From assembly GCF_004010195.1 (NCBI RefSeq), contig NC_057718.1:42692902-42756901 (forward strand): a stretch of DNA of 64,000 nucleotides, read 5' to 3'. The translations under genes were made by a program, and so were the position numbers. Of the stretch, positions 1 through 10,713 are shown piece by piece. The notes under the pieces are model-generated. The model worked only from the letters and a program-made list of their open reading frames with translations, did not search any database and was not told the DNA's origin. The stretch's first letter is position 1; every line of letters begins with the position of its first letter. Source of the stretch: Chiloscyllium plagiosum. Taxonomy: Eukaryota.

Positions 1-2540
1 TTTTTGTGCTTTCCAGACCAATAGAATTGCTTTTGTACCTGAGTCTGGGTCTTCCTTACACCTAGGTGACCTCCTACTGCCCATTTCTCCTCTGCACTGA
101 TCTGCAGTGGTCTCCCTTTTCATCTTAGGATTCTAACTTTCAGATAATACCCTTCAGGAATATTACTTGACTCCTTTTCTGAATATGCATCAACATATAT
201 ATCTTTTATTGTCTCGTCTTTCTGTTGTACCTCCATTAGCCTTTTCGGAGTAAACACTTCTGCCAGGCCCTCTGCCTGTTCAGGTGTTTCTGACACCCTT
301 ACCTCAAACAGAGTATCCACTAACTGAACCTCAACTCCTTCATCTTTCTCTTTAGTTTTTGCTTCCTGCTGGGACTTATGATGTTGGGATCTTGTTACTA
401 CACAGTATGGAAAAATTCCAGGGTATTTTTCGTTTAACTCCTCAGTTCCTTGGTCTTCCTTTGACTTCTCCACAAGAAGGGGTGTCGCTCCCACCTTGGA
501 TCCCGCTAAATCGTTCCCAAAAACAAACTGTATTATTGGAACTGACACTCTGTTAATCACTCCCACTGTTACTTCCCCAGTCTTGAGTTGGCACTCCAAC
601 CTGATCTTACATAGGGGAATGCTAAATTTCTGTCCATCTATCCCACAAATTATCACTCTCTCGGGTAACGGGTCAGGAAGAGTGAAAATATGTTCATCTC
701 TTACTTTCAGTGACTGGTTAGATCCTGTGTCTCTCAAAATTATAACATGCCAACCGCACCCCCCATCCCCCCATCTTTCTGAGTAAACTTTACCCAGAGA
801 GGTGAATTCTTTATCGAGATCAAGCAGTAACTCCATACCCAGCCCCTGCCTAGGCTGTGCACTCTTCTGTAGCTCCTCAGCTCTTCTTGGGGTTTCCTTC
901 ACTACTTTCACGAATGCTGCTGGCTTAGCCTCTTCTACCACGTCTTTTCCCACAGTGCCTTTCTTTAACAGCCAGCATTGTGACTTTACGTGTCACATTT
1001 TACTACAATGGAAACACCTGAGGCCTTTCACCTCCTTTCCACCCCCTTGGGCTTCTTTTTAACCTGTGGTAATCAATTACCAGTGTGCTGTACTCTTTGT
1101 TTTGTACTATAAGATCTCCCCTTCTCCCAATTTCTATCCTTCACAAGATGAAATTCTTATCGGAAGCTAAACTTTGCCTTATGCACCAACGCATATTCAT
1201 CTGCCATCTCTGCTGCTCTTCTCACTTCTTGAACTTTCTGTTCATCCACATGAATTCTTAACATCTCTGGAAGTGAGTTTTTAAAGTCCTCCAGCAGAAT
1301 AATCTCTCTCAGAGCCTCATAGGTCTTATCCATTTTAAGGCCCGCACCCATCTGTGAAAATTACTGTGTTTAATTCTTTCGAACTTAATATAAATTTGAC
1401 CTGATTTCTTTTATGTTTTTGAACTGCTGTCTATACGCTTCTGGTACCAATTCATAAGCACTCAAAATAGCCTGCTTGACATCTTCATAATCTCTTGACC
1501 CCTTATCTGACAGTGCTGCAAATACAACACTAACTCTGCCTACCAGCTTAGTCTGAACTAACATTACCCACAAGTTCTCTGACCACTCCATCTGCCTAGC
1601 CAATTTTTCTAATCTTTCTCATCAAAGTGTGGCAGTGCTTTAACATATTTGTACATATCACTACCTTCTCTCTATATCTCCATCCTGTTAACTTGACCTT
1701 CCTGACTAAGACGCAACTTCTGAAGTTCAAACTCTCTCTCCTTTTCTCTTTCTTTTCTCTCCCTTTCTTCTCTCTCTCTCTCTTTGCTCAGCTAAGAACC
1801 TTCTCTCTTTTTTCCTCACTCTCTTTTTCCCTTTCTTTCCCTTACTTTTATCTTCTAACTCCATTTTCCTCAATTGTATTTTAAGTTTTTCTAACTCTAC
1901 TACACTTGTCTGTTTCTCTAACCCACACAAGTGCTTGACAAGCTCCCTTATAATTTCAGCTTTCCTTTTGCCCCTGGTTAGACCCAGTTCTAACCTTATT
2001 GTTAATTCTATAAGTATGTCTTTCTTCTGTCTTTCTAAACTTCCTTGGCAGTTCTTCAAACCCCAGAACCTCTTGAACAATCTATAGAACCATTTCTCTC
2101 ACTTTTAATTTAACCAACTACAAGTAACCAAATTTTTAAAAATTGCTTCATGTACATTTAATTTAAAGATCTAGGACACTAATTAATTGGCAAGTGTTTA
2201 AATCTGTTGGGATCTTTCATACCCCAAATCTATTCAAATCTGTTCAAATCTCAAACTGGATCTGTCTAAACCTGTCCCAGTCTCATAACCCAAGCCCCAA
2301 ACTGTTATGACACGGCAGTGAACCCTTCTGCTAATTAAACCAAACACCCAGAAGACCTCACCTCCCCTCATAATCTGTTAAAGTATGAGTGACAGAGAAC
2401 TCCCAAATTCCACTATTTAAAGAAAAAATATGAATTTATTCTTTAAAAGTGAACGCTAAAACAATAACTATTTACAACTTTAAACCTCTTGTCTCAATTG
2501 CTTGTTATCTACCTCCCACTCAATAACAAAATACTTTTCT
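1..2540 (-). mobile_element. Decayed Gypsy/Ty3 LTR retrotransposon, Gmr1-like (5' LTR remnant, SCAN-like gag, CCHC knuckle, aspartic protease, start of integrase); runs off the left edge
   Basis: Minus-strand ORF pieces: 1727-2080 (gag N-terminus, coiled coil), 1385-1603 (W...LVQTKLVG...YEDVKQAILSAYELVPEAYRQQF), 1157-1351 (LREIILLEDFKNSLP...AAEMADEY), knuckle CFHCSKM*HVKSQCW at ~973-1017, protease ILRDTGSNQSL in 120-953, and past the TGA at 120-122 the in-frame GGHLGVRKTQ...FYWSG (integrase HHCC region). The LTR boundary ...CATAACA is at 2303, followed by a degenerate PBS (TTGGGGCT). Stops and frameshifts throughout. Confidence 0.88.
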
Positions 2541-2603
2541 GTACTACTGTTTCAGGTACACCAACTACTACTATGTTGTTGGTGTACCTGAAACAGGAGT
2601 ACA
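2540..2603. repeat. Near-perfect hairpin (26-bp arms)
   Basis: TGTACTACTGTTTCAGGTACACCAAC (2540-2565) is the reverse complement of 2578-2603 with 1 mismatch. Confidence 0.9.
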
Positions 2604-3196
2604 CAGCTGGACAGGAGAAAGGTTTTGCATACTGCAAGGGTAAGTGATATCATCTGTCTCTGCTACCTCACACTCAGTCTAAATTTGCCACTGTAAATAC
2701 ATCTTGCCATGGCTCATTGACTACTTATCATCATTGAATGGAACATGTCCAGTTAATAGCTCTCACCTACCTCATCCTTCCAAACTACTAACCCTTCCTT
2801 TCCTCTGCGCTTCCTATTTACCCATTAATTATTCCTCTCCTGTTTGTGTATCATCATTAAGTCCCATCGGCAGGCAGGAATCAGATAGGCCCCTGACTGA
2901 CTGTAGGAGTATCCCTGATCCCTTTCACCCCACTGAAGACAGCTCCCCTTTGACTGTCACACATGACAATTTGCTTGAAGTACACGCAGGTGCAATATTG
3001 ACATAACAATGTGCTGCCACACAGTGACACGTCAAACCCCTTAACCATTCAGTGCTTCTCAGCATCTCTACATGCATGCCTCTGCCTTAGCACTAAAATG
3101 CAATGCAAGCTACGGGGACACATGGTATAACTGAACACTAAAACCCATGTACACTAGGAATGCAATGTGAAGTATACAGAGGCTAGCAGCTTCCAA

Positions 3197-4368
3197 GGAC
3201 TTCAGTAAGACATTCGACAAGGTTCCTCATAAGAGACTGGTTAACAAGGTTAGACCTCATGGAATACAGGGAGAACTAACCATTTGGATACAGAACTGGC
3301 TCAAAGGTGGAAGACAGAGGATAGTGGTGAAGGTTGCCCTTCAGACTGAAGGCCTGTGACCAGTGGTGTGCCACAAGGATTGGTGCTGGGTTCACTGATT
3401 TTCATCATGTATATATAAACGATTTGGATGTGAACATAGGAGATATAGTTAATAAGTTTGCGGATGACACCAAAATTGGAGGTATCGTGGACAGCGAAGA
3501 AGACCCAGAGTACAATGGGATCTTGATCAGATGGGCCAATGGGCTGAAGAGTGAAAGTTGGATTTAATTTCAATAAATGTGAGGTGCTGCATTTTGGAAA
3601 GGCAAATCAGAGCAGGACTTGTATACTTAATGGGAAAGTCCTGGTGACTGTTGATGAGCAAAGAGAACTTGCAGGTTTATAGTTTCTTGAAAGTGGAGTT
3701 GCAGGTAGATAGTATAGTGAAAAGGGCATTTGGTATACATTCCTTTATTGGTCAGAGCATTGAGTATAGGAGTTGGGAGGTCATGTTGCGGCTTTACAGG
3801 ACATTGGTTAGACCACTTTTGGAATGTTGTGTGCAATTCTGGTCTCCTTCCTATCAGAACAGTATTGTAAAACTTGAAAGGACTCAGAAAAGATTTACAA
3901 GGATGTTGCCAAGGTTGGAGAATTTGAGCTACAGGAAGAGGATGAATAGGCTGGGGATGTTTTCCCCTGAGCGCTTGAGGCTGAGGGATGACCTTATAGA
4001 GGTTTATAAAAATCATGAAGGGCATGGATAGAATAAATAGACAAGGTATTTTCCCTGTGGTGGACGAGTCCAGAAATACAGGGTATAGTTTTAGGGTTAT
4101 AGGGGAAAGATATAAAAGGAACATAAGGGGCAATCTTTTCATAGACAGTGGTGCGTGTATGGAATGAGTTGCCAGAGGAAGTGGTGGAGGCTGGTATAAT
4201 TACAACACTTTTTAAAGGCATCTGGATGAGTATATGAATAAGAAGGGTTTAGAGGGATATGGGCCAACTGCTGGCAAATGGAACTAGATTAGGTTAGGAT
4301 ATCTGGTGGGCATAGATGAGTTGGACTAAAGAGTCTGTTTCTGTGCTGTACATCTCTGTGTCTCTAAG
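3197..4368 (+). mobile_element. CR1 (HER1-like) LINE, 5'-truncated 3' portion (RT C-terminus and 3' UTR)
   Basis: DFSKTFDKVPH at the start; YINDLD...KFADDTKIGG (3334-3567); YRTLVRPLLECCVQFWSP...RLRDDLIEVYK (3651-4031); CR1-type 3' tail. Frameshifted. Confidence 0.92.
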
Positions 4369-7300
4369 TGACCATAAAGTGAGTGAACACAAGGAAACAA
4401 GTAAAGAGTCACAGATGCGTTCTGTGTAGATGCATGAGATGTGTGTACGTCCCTGCATGCAAAGCGACTTGGCAGAAACATGTGCATCATTGGTATCCCC
4501 AGACATAGACCACTTCAGCCTTCCAACACTATGGGTTGGTCCAAGAGTAGCCATGCTGATGGTGGTTTGGTGATGCGCCTTACATGGATAAAGGTTCTAG
4601 GAGAATGGCAACCAAAGCACATGCAGAGACATTGTTGCAAAAGAGCATTTAGATGATGGCTAGGACAAGCTTTCAGTAAGTTGCAGCTGTCAGCTAACTT
4701 ACTTTATGCCATCTAATTTCTCAGTGGAATAGAGTAGAATTGGAATTGATATATAAACAAGGTGAGTTGGGGCTTTAATGAGATGCAAATGCATGGATGT
4801 GGGGTAGCTAACCTTGGATTGTGAGACCCTGAAGTCGTCAATTAAAGCTTGAAGGTAAATTGGAAATATTTTTCTCAACACTGAGATGGCATTTTCACAC
4901 TCACCATATTTTCTCAGTTTCTCACCATTGCTCAGGTCATGTTAGGAAGAGCAAACATCTGCCCAAACTGTTGTAAGTCTTCATTCTTGTCTTTTTCTTT
5001 ATGAAGATCTTGGAATTTGGCAAAGATCACAGCAGAAGCAAAAATGGGTCATTTATCACACTTTGGGTAGCCTATTGTAGGTACGTTCTTACAATTGAAT
5101 TTTTCCCAGTGATATTCTTTAGAAAGTACATAGTATGCCGTTAGTCCACTGTTTATGTTCTGCCATGAGTTAGAGGGGTAAAAATTTGTCCATGCCATTT
5201 TTGGGGATATGGTTATCGCGTTCCGTGTCACGAGAGGCTGCATCCTCTTTTATCTGGCGCTGTATTACTCCAAACAGGATCCACATCACTGGCTGTCTTA
5301 AGTGCTCAGCAGGGGGGCCAAGCAGCATGTGTGGATACAGCATGGAGCAGTCTGCTCAGTCATCTTAACGTCCTACCATTGAGGGAAGTTGCAGTGTGGC
5401 TAAATGCTTTGTAACAATTCTGAAGAAGGATTATGGAATGCAAGAAGAGAGAAAGGATTCCCAGTGGAGATGCTCAATAACTGTTGTCGTGACTTCACAT
5501 GGCCTTGAGGTCTTAAGTACCATCCTCAGAAGGGATTGGAAGCAGATCGTCAGGGTGTTAATTTCTGAAGAATTGGACCCAGGACCTAGCAAAAGGCCAT
5601 AGCAAATCTATTGATTTCATATGGATGATCATTGTCAGTTAATGCAATTTCATATGAGAGTTCCAACCAACAAAATCATCAATGTTTCATTTTGCTCAAT
5701 GCACCATGCTTCCATGGAACGTATCAGCAGTCTCTGGCTCACAGGGTTCACACATGACATCCAAGTGCTGTACCTCACATACTCCAATAACAACAGTCTC
5801 ATTCAGCTGTTTCTGCTTCCATATATTTAGCTACCACAGGCATATCACCCAAACACACAAAGCAATAGAATGACTGAAAGTACAATTAACCCTTCCAAAG
5901 GGGGTTGTAAGGGAGGTTTCAAGAAGTCCAAATAGATGGGCTTGTTGGCACTGAGGGATATTTGTCCATTCTTCATTTCTTCAACCATTAAATGCTGGCC
6001 AAGAATATCCATTGTGTAACCTCTTGACTCGTAGTGAATTAAGGGTCTGTCAGCCATCAGTTAAGTCCAAGCTGAAGTCCTCAGTTTGCCACTGCCCCAA
6101 TTACCAACATTTCCAACAGCCAAGAAGTGTTTGGTTTTCTGACCAAGGTGGTCTGCCTGCTAGATTAGTGGAAGTGAATCGTCTCCATTTGCCTCACTTA
6201 GGGGCAAGTGTAGTGGGCAAGGGACCCATTACCCTTGCCTCCAACTTGCTAACTCCCCTCTCTCTCTGTGACCCCCACCCTGTGAAACCCAACATAAAAG
6301 AACTGACCTTCTCACAGTTGGATCCCCTGAAGTCTTCAAAGCTGATTGCTAAAATACAGTGTTGGATGGGATGCCATTGTTGAGGCTCTGGATTTGCCAC
6401 CAATTGCGCCAGTCAGCTCTTAAGTGGCTCATTGAAGCTGGATCCAGCACTTAGTGCACTGAGCGTTCATTCTCGGCCAGAGCTTCTGTTCTCTCTGTTG
6501 TAAAACAAGCTGCCACAGAATATCAGAGAGCACAGTAGAATTGATCGGGGGCAAGAACACCTGTATCTCCTGAGCCTAACCAAGATCATTTTCCACATGA
6601 TGGGGCTGGCTGCAAGAAAGCGTCTGGCATCTTACATCACAGAGGACATTGACAATGATAATATGTTCCTGCCTTATGTGTTTTATCAACTTCTAGCTCA
6701 GCTTCATCCTGACTGATATGCAAGCTAAAGATAGGTAACTTGCTTTACCTCTCACGCCAATGTTCTTCTATCGGCTTTCAGACATCCCCGAACTGCTATC
6801 TGCCCAGCAGAGCACACCCAAAAAGAGATGAGAGCAATACCTCACAAGTTATGATGCAGAGACCCAGTCACTTGATTCTACACTCGTAACAACTGACCGA
6901 CATTTGCAGAGGCTAGTGCAGATTTTAGATCTGCATGTGATGAGATACAAGGCATGAGTGAGCTGCTGCCAAATTAGAGGAAAAGGATAGTTTGCAACCG
7001 GCTCACCAGTCATTAAGGTTCAAGATAAGTTTCTCAATAAGAGATTCCTTTAAAGAACTAGGTACAGCAGCATACAGTGAAATACTGATGGGAATGTACA
7101 CTGACAGGCCCAGTTCATATACTGGCCTGCCAAATAGCCTCCTGTCACTATCAAACTTCAGGATTGCAACTCCAACTGGAACAGCGTTTTGCCTTTTAGT
7201 AGGTTTCAAAAATCTTGAATGTTGCCATATTATCAATGTTTTCTGAGTTTGTGGATGCAGCAAAATGCCCTGCCAAATCCAGGAACACTATAACGTTTCC

Positions 7301-7555
7301 AGCAAGACTCCGCAGTATTTATGGAGACTGCAAAACAGCAGAAGTTATTTCAAATTACATACTTGTAAGTTGAGTGCCTGACTTTGTAGCAAGGCTGTTC
7401 CTGGGTCCCCCGAAGAGCTGAATGCATGTATGTGAATGACAAGAGAATATCTTGAATGGCCTGTGTGGTCCCGGTTTTCAAATTAGCCCATAGACCTGAG
7501 AAGCATCATGACAAAAATAGATTGGAGGTTTCAGGAATGACCCTGAAAGTGCCCT

Positions 7556-7770
7556 TCACAAACATTGCTGGAGACATTGCACAGCCCCCGGTAGATCCTC
7601 CAGCATTGCTACAGATTCAATTTCTCCTATAGTCTCAGTAATGTCTTTTAAATAAAAAAAGCCATATTGTATCCTCAGCTCATGAAATGTTCTAGCAGTA
7701 AGCAAACCACTAGTTCCATTCCCCAGCCATTTTCCATTTTGGTTTACTTCAAACATTTCCACATCCCTTT
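7556..7770 (-). mobile_element. Possible ancient Harbinger/PIF transposase remnant
   Basis: The ORF 7556-7807 translation (FEVNQNGKWLGNG...ITETIGEIES...LEDLPGAVQC) loosely parallels the HARBI1-type motifs GWLLGDxGY...IEQTIGxLKxRFRCLDxSGGALQY. Weak similarity, judged by eye. Confidence 0.3.
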
Positions 7771-8059
7771 CAAGCACTTTTATCTCCATCATGCTCCTGA
7801 TAGTCAAGGGCGACTCCAGTCACTTAGCTGTTGGACACAAGTACACAACTACAAAGCATTGGGAGAGAATTTCAGGTAGGGCACCAAACAGACGCGATAT
7901 TAGGACAGCCCTCAATACTGTTTCAGGTGACCTGAGCAGGCAAATTTGAATTTGAACTCCGCTCATAATCAAGTGAGCTTAAAAGATCCATGTGCAGAAT
8001 ATATGTCGTAGATTTTCCAATGCACTGCTCGTGGTGGGTCTGAAGATTGATGGGAATAG

Positions 8060-8760
8060 TCACATCACTCATGCCAGGTAACGATCATCTCCAATAAAAG
8101 ACAATCTAACCTTCACCCCTTGACATTCAGTGGCATCACTATCGCTGGATCATTCACAGTCAGTATGCTAAGGGTTAACAGTGACCAGAAGCTCAGCTGG
8201 ACTTGCAATATAAATACAGTGGCTATAAGAGCGATCAGAGGCTAGGAATGCTGCATCAAGTAATTCACTTTCTGACTCCCCAAAGCCTATCCACCTTATC
8301 CAAGGTACAGTCAGGAGTGCTTGGATGACCCCAATAACCATTCAAAAGCTTGATACCATCTAGGACAAACCAGTGTGTTTGATTGACACCACATCCACAA
8401 GTATCCACTCCCTCTGCCACAGACACTCAGTAGCAGCAATGCATACTATCTACAAGATGGACTGCAGAAATTCATTAATCATCCTTAGACAGCACCTTCC
8501 AAACCCATCTAGAAGGATGAAAACAGTAGGACCTCAGTACCTGCAGGTGCCCCTCCAAGCCACTCACCATCCTGACTTGTAAATTTCTCACCATTCCTTC
8601 ACTGTTGCTGGTTCCCTCCTGAACAGCATTGTGGGTGCACCTACAGCACATAGACTGCAGAAATTGTAGAAGGCAGCTTACCACTGCCTTCTCAGCAGCA
8701 ACAAGGGAGGTGAAATAAATGCTGACCAGCCAGCAATGCCCTTGCCACACAAGAGAGTTT
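8060..8760 (+). mobile_element. CR1/L2-group (Crack/Daphne-like) LINE, 3' fragment
   Basis: Translates to CQVTIISNKRQSNLHPLTFSGITI...LRVNSDQKLSWTCNINTVA, then KLDTI*DKPVCLI, followed by the family 3' tail (…AAGGCAGCTTACCACTGCCTTCTC…AATAAATGCTG). Confidence 0.75.
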
Positions 8761-9119
8761 TTAAAAATTACAGGAAACAATGCCACAAGAACTCTAATTT
8801 TTAAGGCTTATTCAAGCTGAAGATATTGTGTCTGAGCAGATTTCCCATCAACGCGTCCCTTTATTTAATTCCTATGTGTATACCTGCTGATGTGAAGTTG
8901 TCGAACAGTAATTACATACTCTTGTTCCCTCACTTCTCCCCTCTCTCCTCCCTCTCCCCTAGGGAGACACTCCCTTGTTGCTACTGAGAAGGCAGTGGTA
9001 AGCTGCCTTCTACGATTTCTGTAGTCCATGTGCTGTAGGTGCACCCACAATGCTGTTCAGGAGGGAACCAGCAACAGTGAAGGAACGATGAAAAATTTAC
9101 AAGTCAGGATGGTGAGTGG
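8560..9119. repeat. 150-bp local inverted duplication (arms 8560-8709 and 8970-9119)
   Basis: The arms are reverse complements with only scattered substitutions; spacer 260 bp. Confidence 0.9.
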
Positions 9120-10167
9120 TAAGGTGTAATTATAACATAACAAATTTCCTTTATGAATGTAGGCACATGAATCTTCTGGAAATGAAAAAAAAACAAAGCA
9201 GTCCAGGCTGTAAAAGGATAGAATTTTGAAAATGAACCAAAAGATAATTTTAAAATAAACCAATCATTTGACCGTATGCTTTCACAGGTTAACACTACTT
9301 GTAATTCAGAGGGTTGATTAGAAGTGTTTGTATGTGGAGATTCACCCAGTGCAAGAGAGCAGGGGTAACGATGATCCAGGAACTTATTCATTGGAGGGAG
9401 AACTTACCTCTGCTCCTTTTGCAAAGAGAGCATATGGAGATATGAGAGACCTACCAAATAGAAGACAACTGCTGCAATTCACAAAGACCTTCTATGTGTT
9501 TATGTTTATAATATTTAAACAATTCTCTTATTTGTTGTAGCTAGTTGCACTGTTGCGTATCGAGTGCTCATCAAAATTACATCATACTTGCACTAGGTGT
9601 CCATGTTAGTCCCCAAAAATGTGTGAGGACCATCACAAATTTTAAGTGCAATGTGTCTGAATTATATTTGTGTTGAGCCACAACTATCCATTTTTTTGTA
9701 CAAACATCTTTCAATATTAATATTTTTTAAAAATTTTGCTGTTCTGCTTTAATCAAGAAACCAGATTATAATAATCCCCGATTATAAGAAAGCCAAATAC
9801 TAAACAATGGTTAAATACATGGTTAATGAGAATATATTTTGTCTCGTTTCCAACTAGCAGGAGGGGTGGGGGATCTCTAAAGTTAATTAAGAACCTTTCT
9901 GATGGAATTGTCAACACATTTGTACCATTTTTGAAAAGGTTCCCGCAGACTGTATTTGTAAGGTTGCAAGGTATTTGTGAACATTTCACTGTTTGAATTT
10001 CTTCACAAGTTTCTTGGGGCATATTTATGTAAAGATTTCTGTTATGCTAATTTGGATATTGAATAAAATAAGACTTTAATTTTACCGTCTTTCTACCAAG
10101 CTATTACTCTATTAAATCTTCTGTCCCCATTCTGATGATTTGAATTTGTGACCATATTTCTTCATGT

Positions 10168-10494
10168 GGGCGGCACGGTGGCACAGTGGTTAGCACTGCT
10201 GCCTCACAGCGCCAGAGACCCGGGTTCAATACCCGCCTCAGGCGACTGACTGTGTGGAGTTTGCACGTTCTCCCCGTGTCTGCGTGGGTTTCCTCCGGGT
10301 GCTCCGGTTTCCTCCCACAGCCCAAAGATGTGCAGGTAAGGTGAATTGGCCATGCTAAATTGCCCGTAGTGTTTGGTAAGGGGTAAATGTAGGGGTATGG
10401 GTGGGTTGCGCTTCGGCGGTGCGGTGTGGACTTGTTGGGCCGAAGGGCCTGTTTCCACATTGTAAGTAATCTAATCTAATCTAATCTAATCTAA
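10168..10494 (+). mobile_element. HE1 SINE (tRNA-derived V-SINE), young copy
   Basis: GGGCGGCACGGTGGCACAGTGGTTAGC (A box), GGTTCAATACC (B box), V-domain GTGGGTTTCCTCCGGGTGCTCCGGTTTCCTCCCACAG, (AATCT)n tail, TSD TCATGT (10162-10167 / 10495-10500). Confidence 0.95.
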
Positions 10495-10521
10495 TCATGT
10501 GTATATCTAAATATATATATG

Positions 10522-10713
10522 GCGAAAGTGAGGACTGCAGATGCTGGAGATCAGAGTCAAGATTACAATGGAGCTGGAAAAGCACAGCAGGTCAGGCAGC
10601 ATCCGAGGAGCAAGAAAATCCTGATGAAGGGCTTCTACCCGAAACGTCAATTTTCCTGCTCCTCGGATGCTGCCTGACCTGCTGTGCTTTCCCAGTACCA
10701 CTCTAATCTTAAC
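10522..10713. mobile_element. Penelope-derived fold-back insertion (inverted pLTR fragments)
   Basis: Arms ~10553-10619 and ~10650-10716 are reverse complements; a central hammerhead motif; flanked by a duplicated TCTAAAT(AT)nG (10506-10521 / 10714-10731). Confidence 0.8.
10607..10662 (+). ncRNA. Minimal type I hammerhead ribozyme motif
   Basis: CTGATGA (10621-10627), stem II A-GGG CTTCTA CCC, GAAACGTC (10641-10648; palindromic ACGT in place of stem III), stem I GGAGCAAGAAAAT / ATTTTCCTGCTCC. Activity not shown. Confidence 0.7.

Noticed and set aside
120..953. 277-aa ORF as a possible domesticated protease gene
   Set aside because: It is embedded in a frameshifted, stop-containing LTR element and ends at a premature TGA within pol.
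1725..1850. Long CT-rich tract
   Set aside because: It is the antisense of the E/R/K-rich coiled-coil region of the Gypsy gag.
10168..10240. tRNA-like sequence with A and B boxes
   Set aside because: It is the SINE head continuing into the V-domain, not a tRNA gene.
10104..10460. 118-aa ORF with similar ORFs at 29993-30319, 45681-45914 and 62885-63145, resembling a gene family
   Set aside because: These are antisense translations of HE1 SINE copies.
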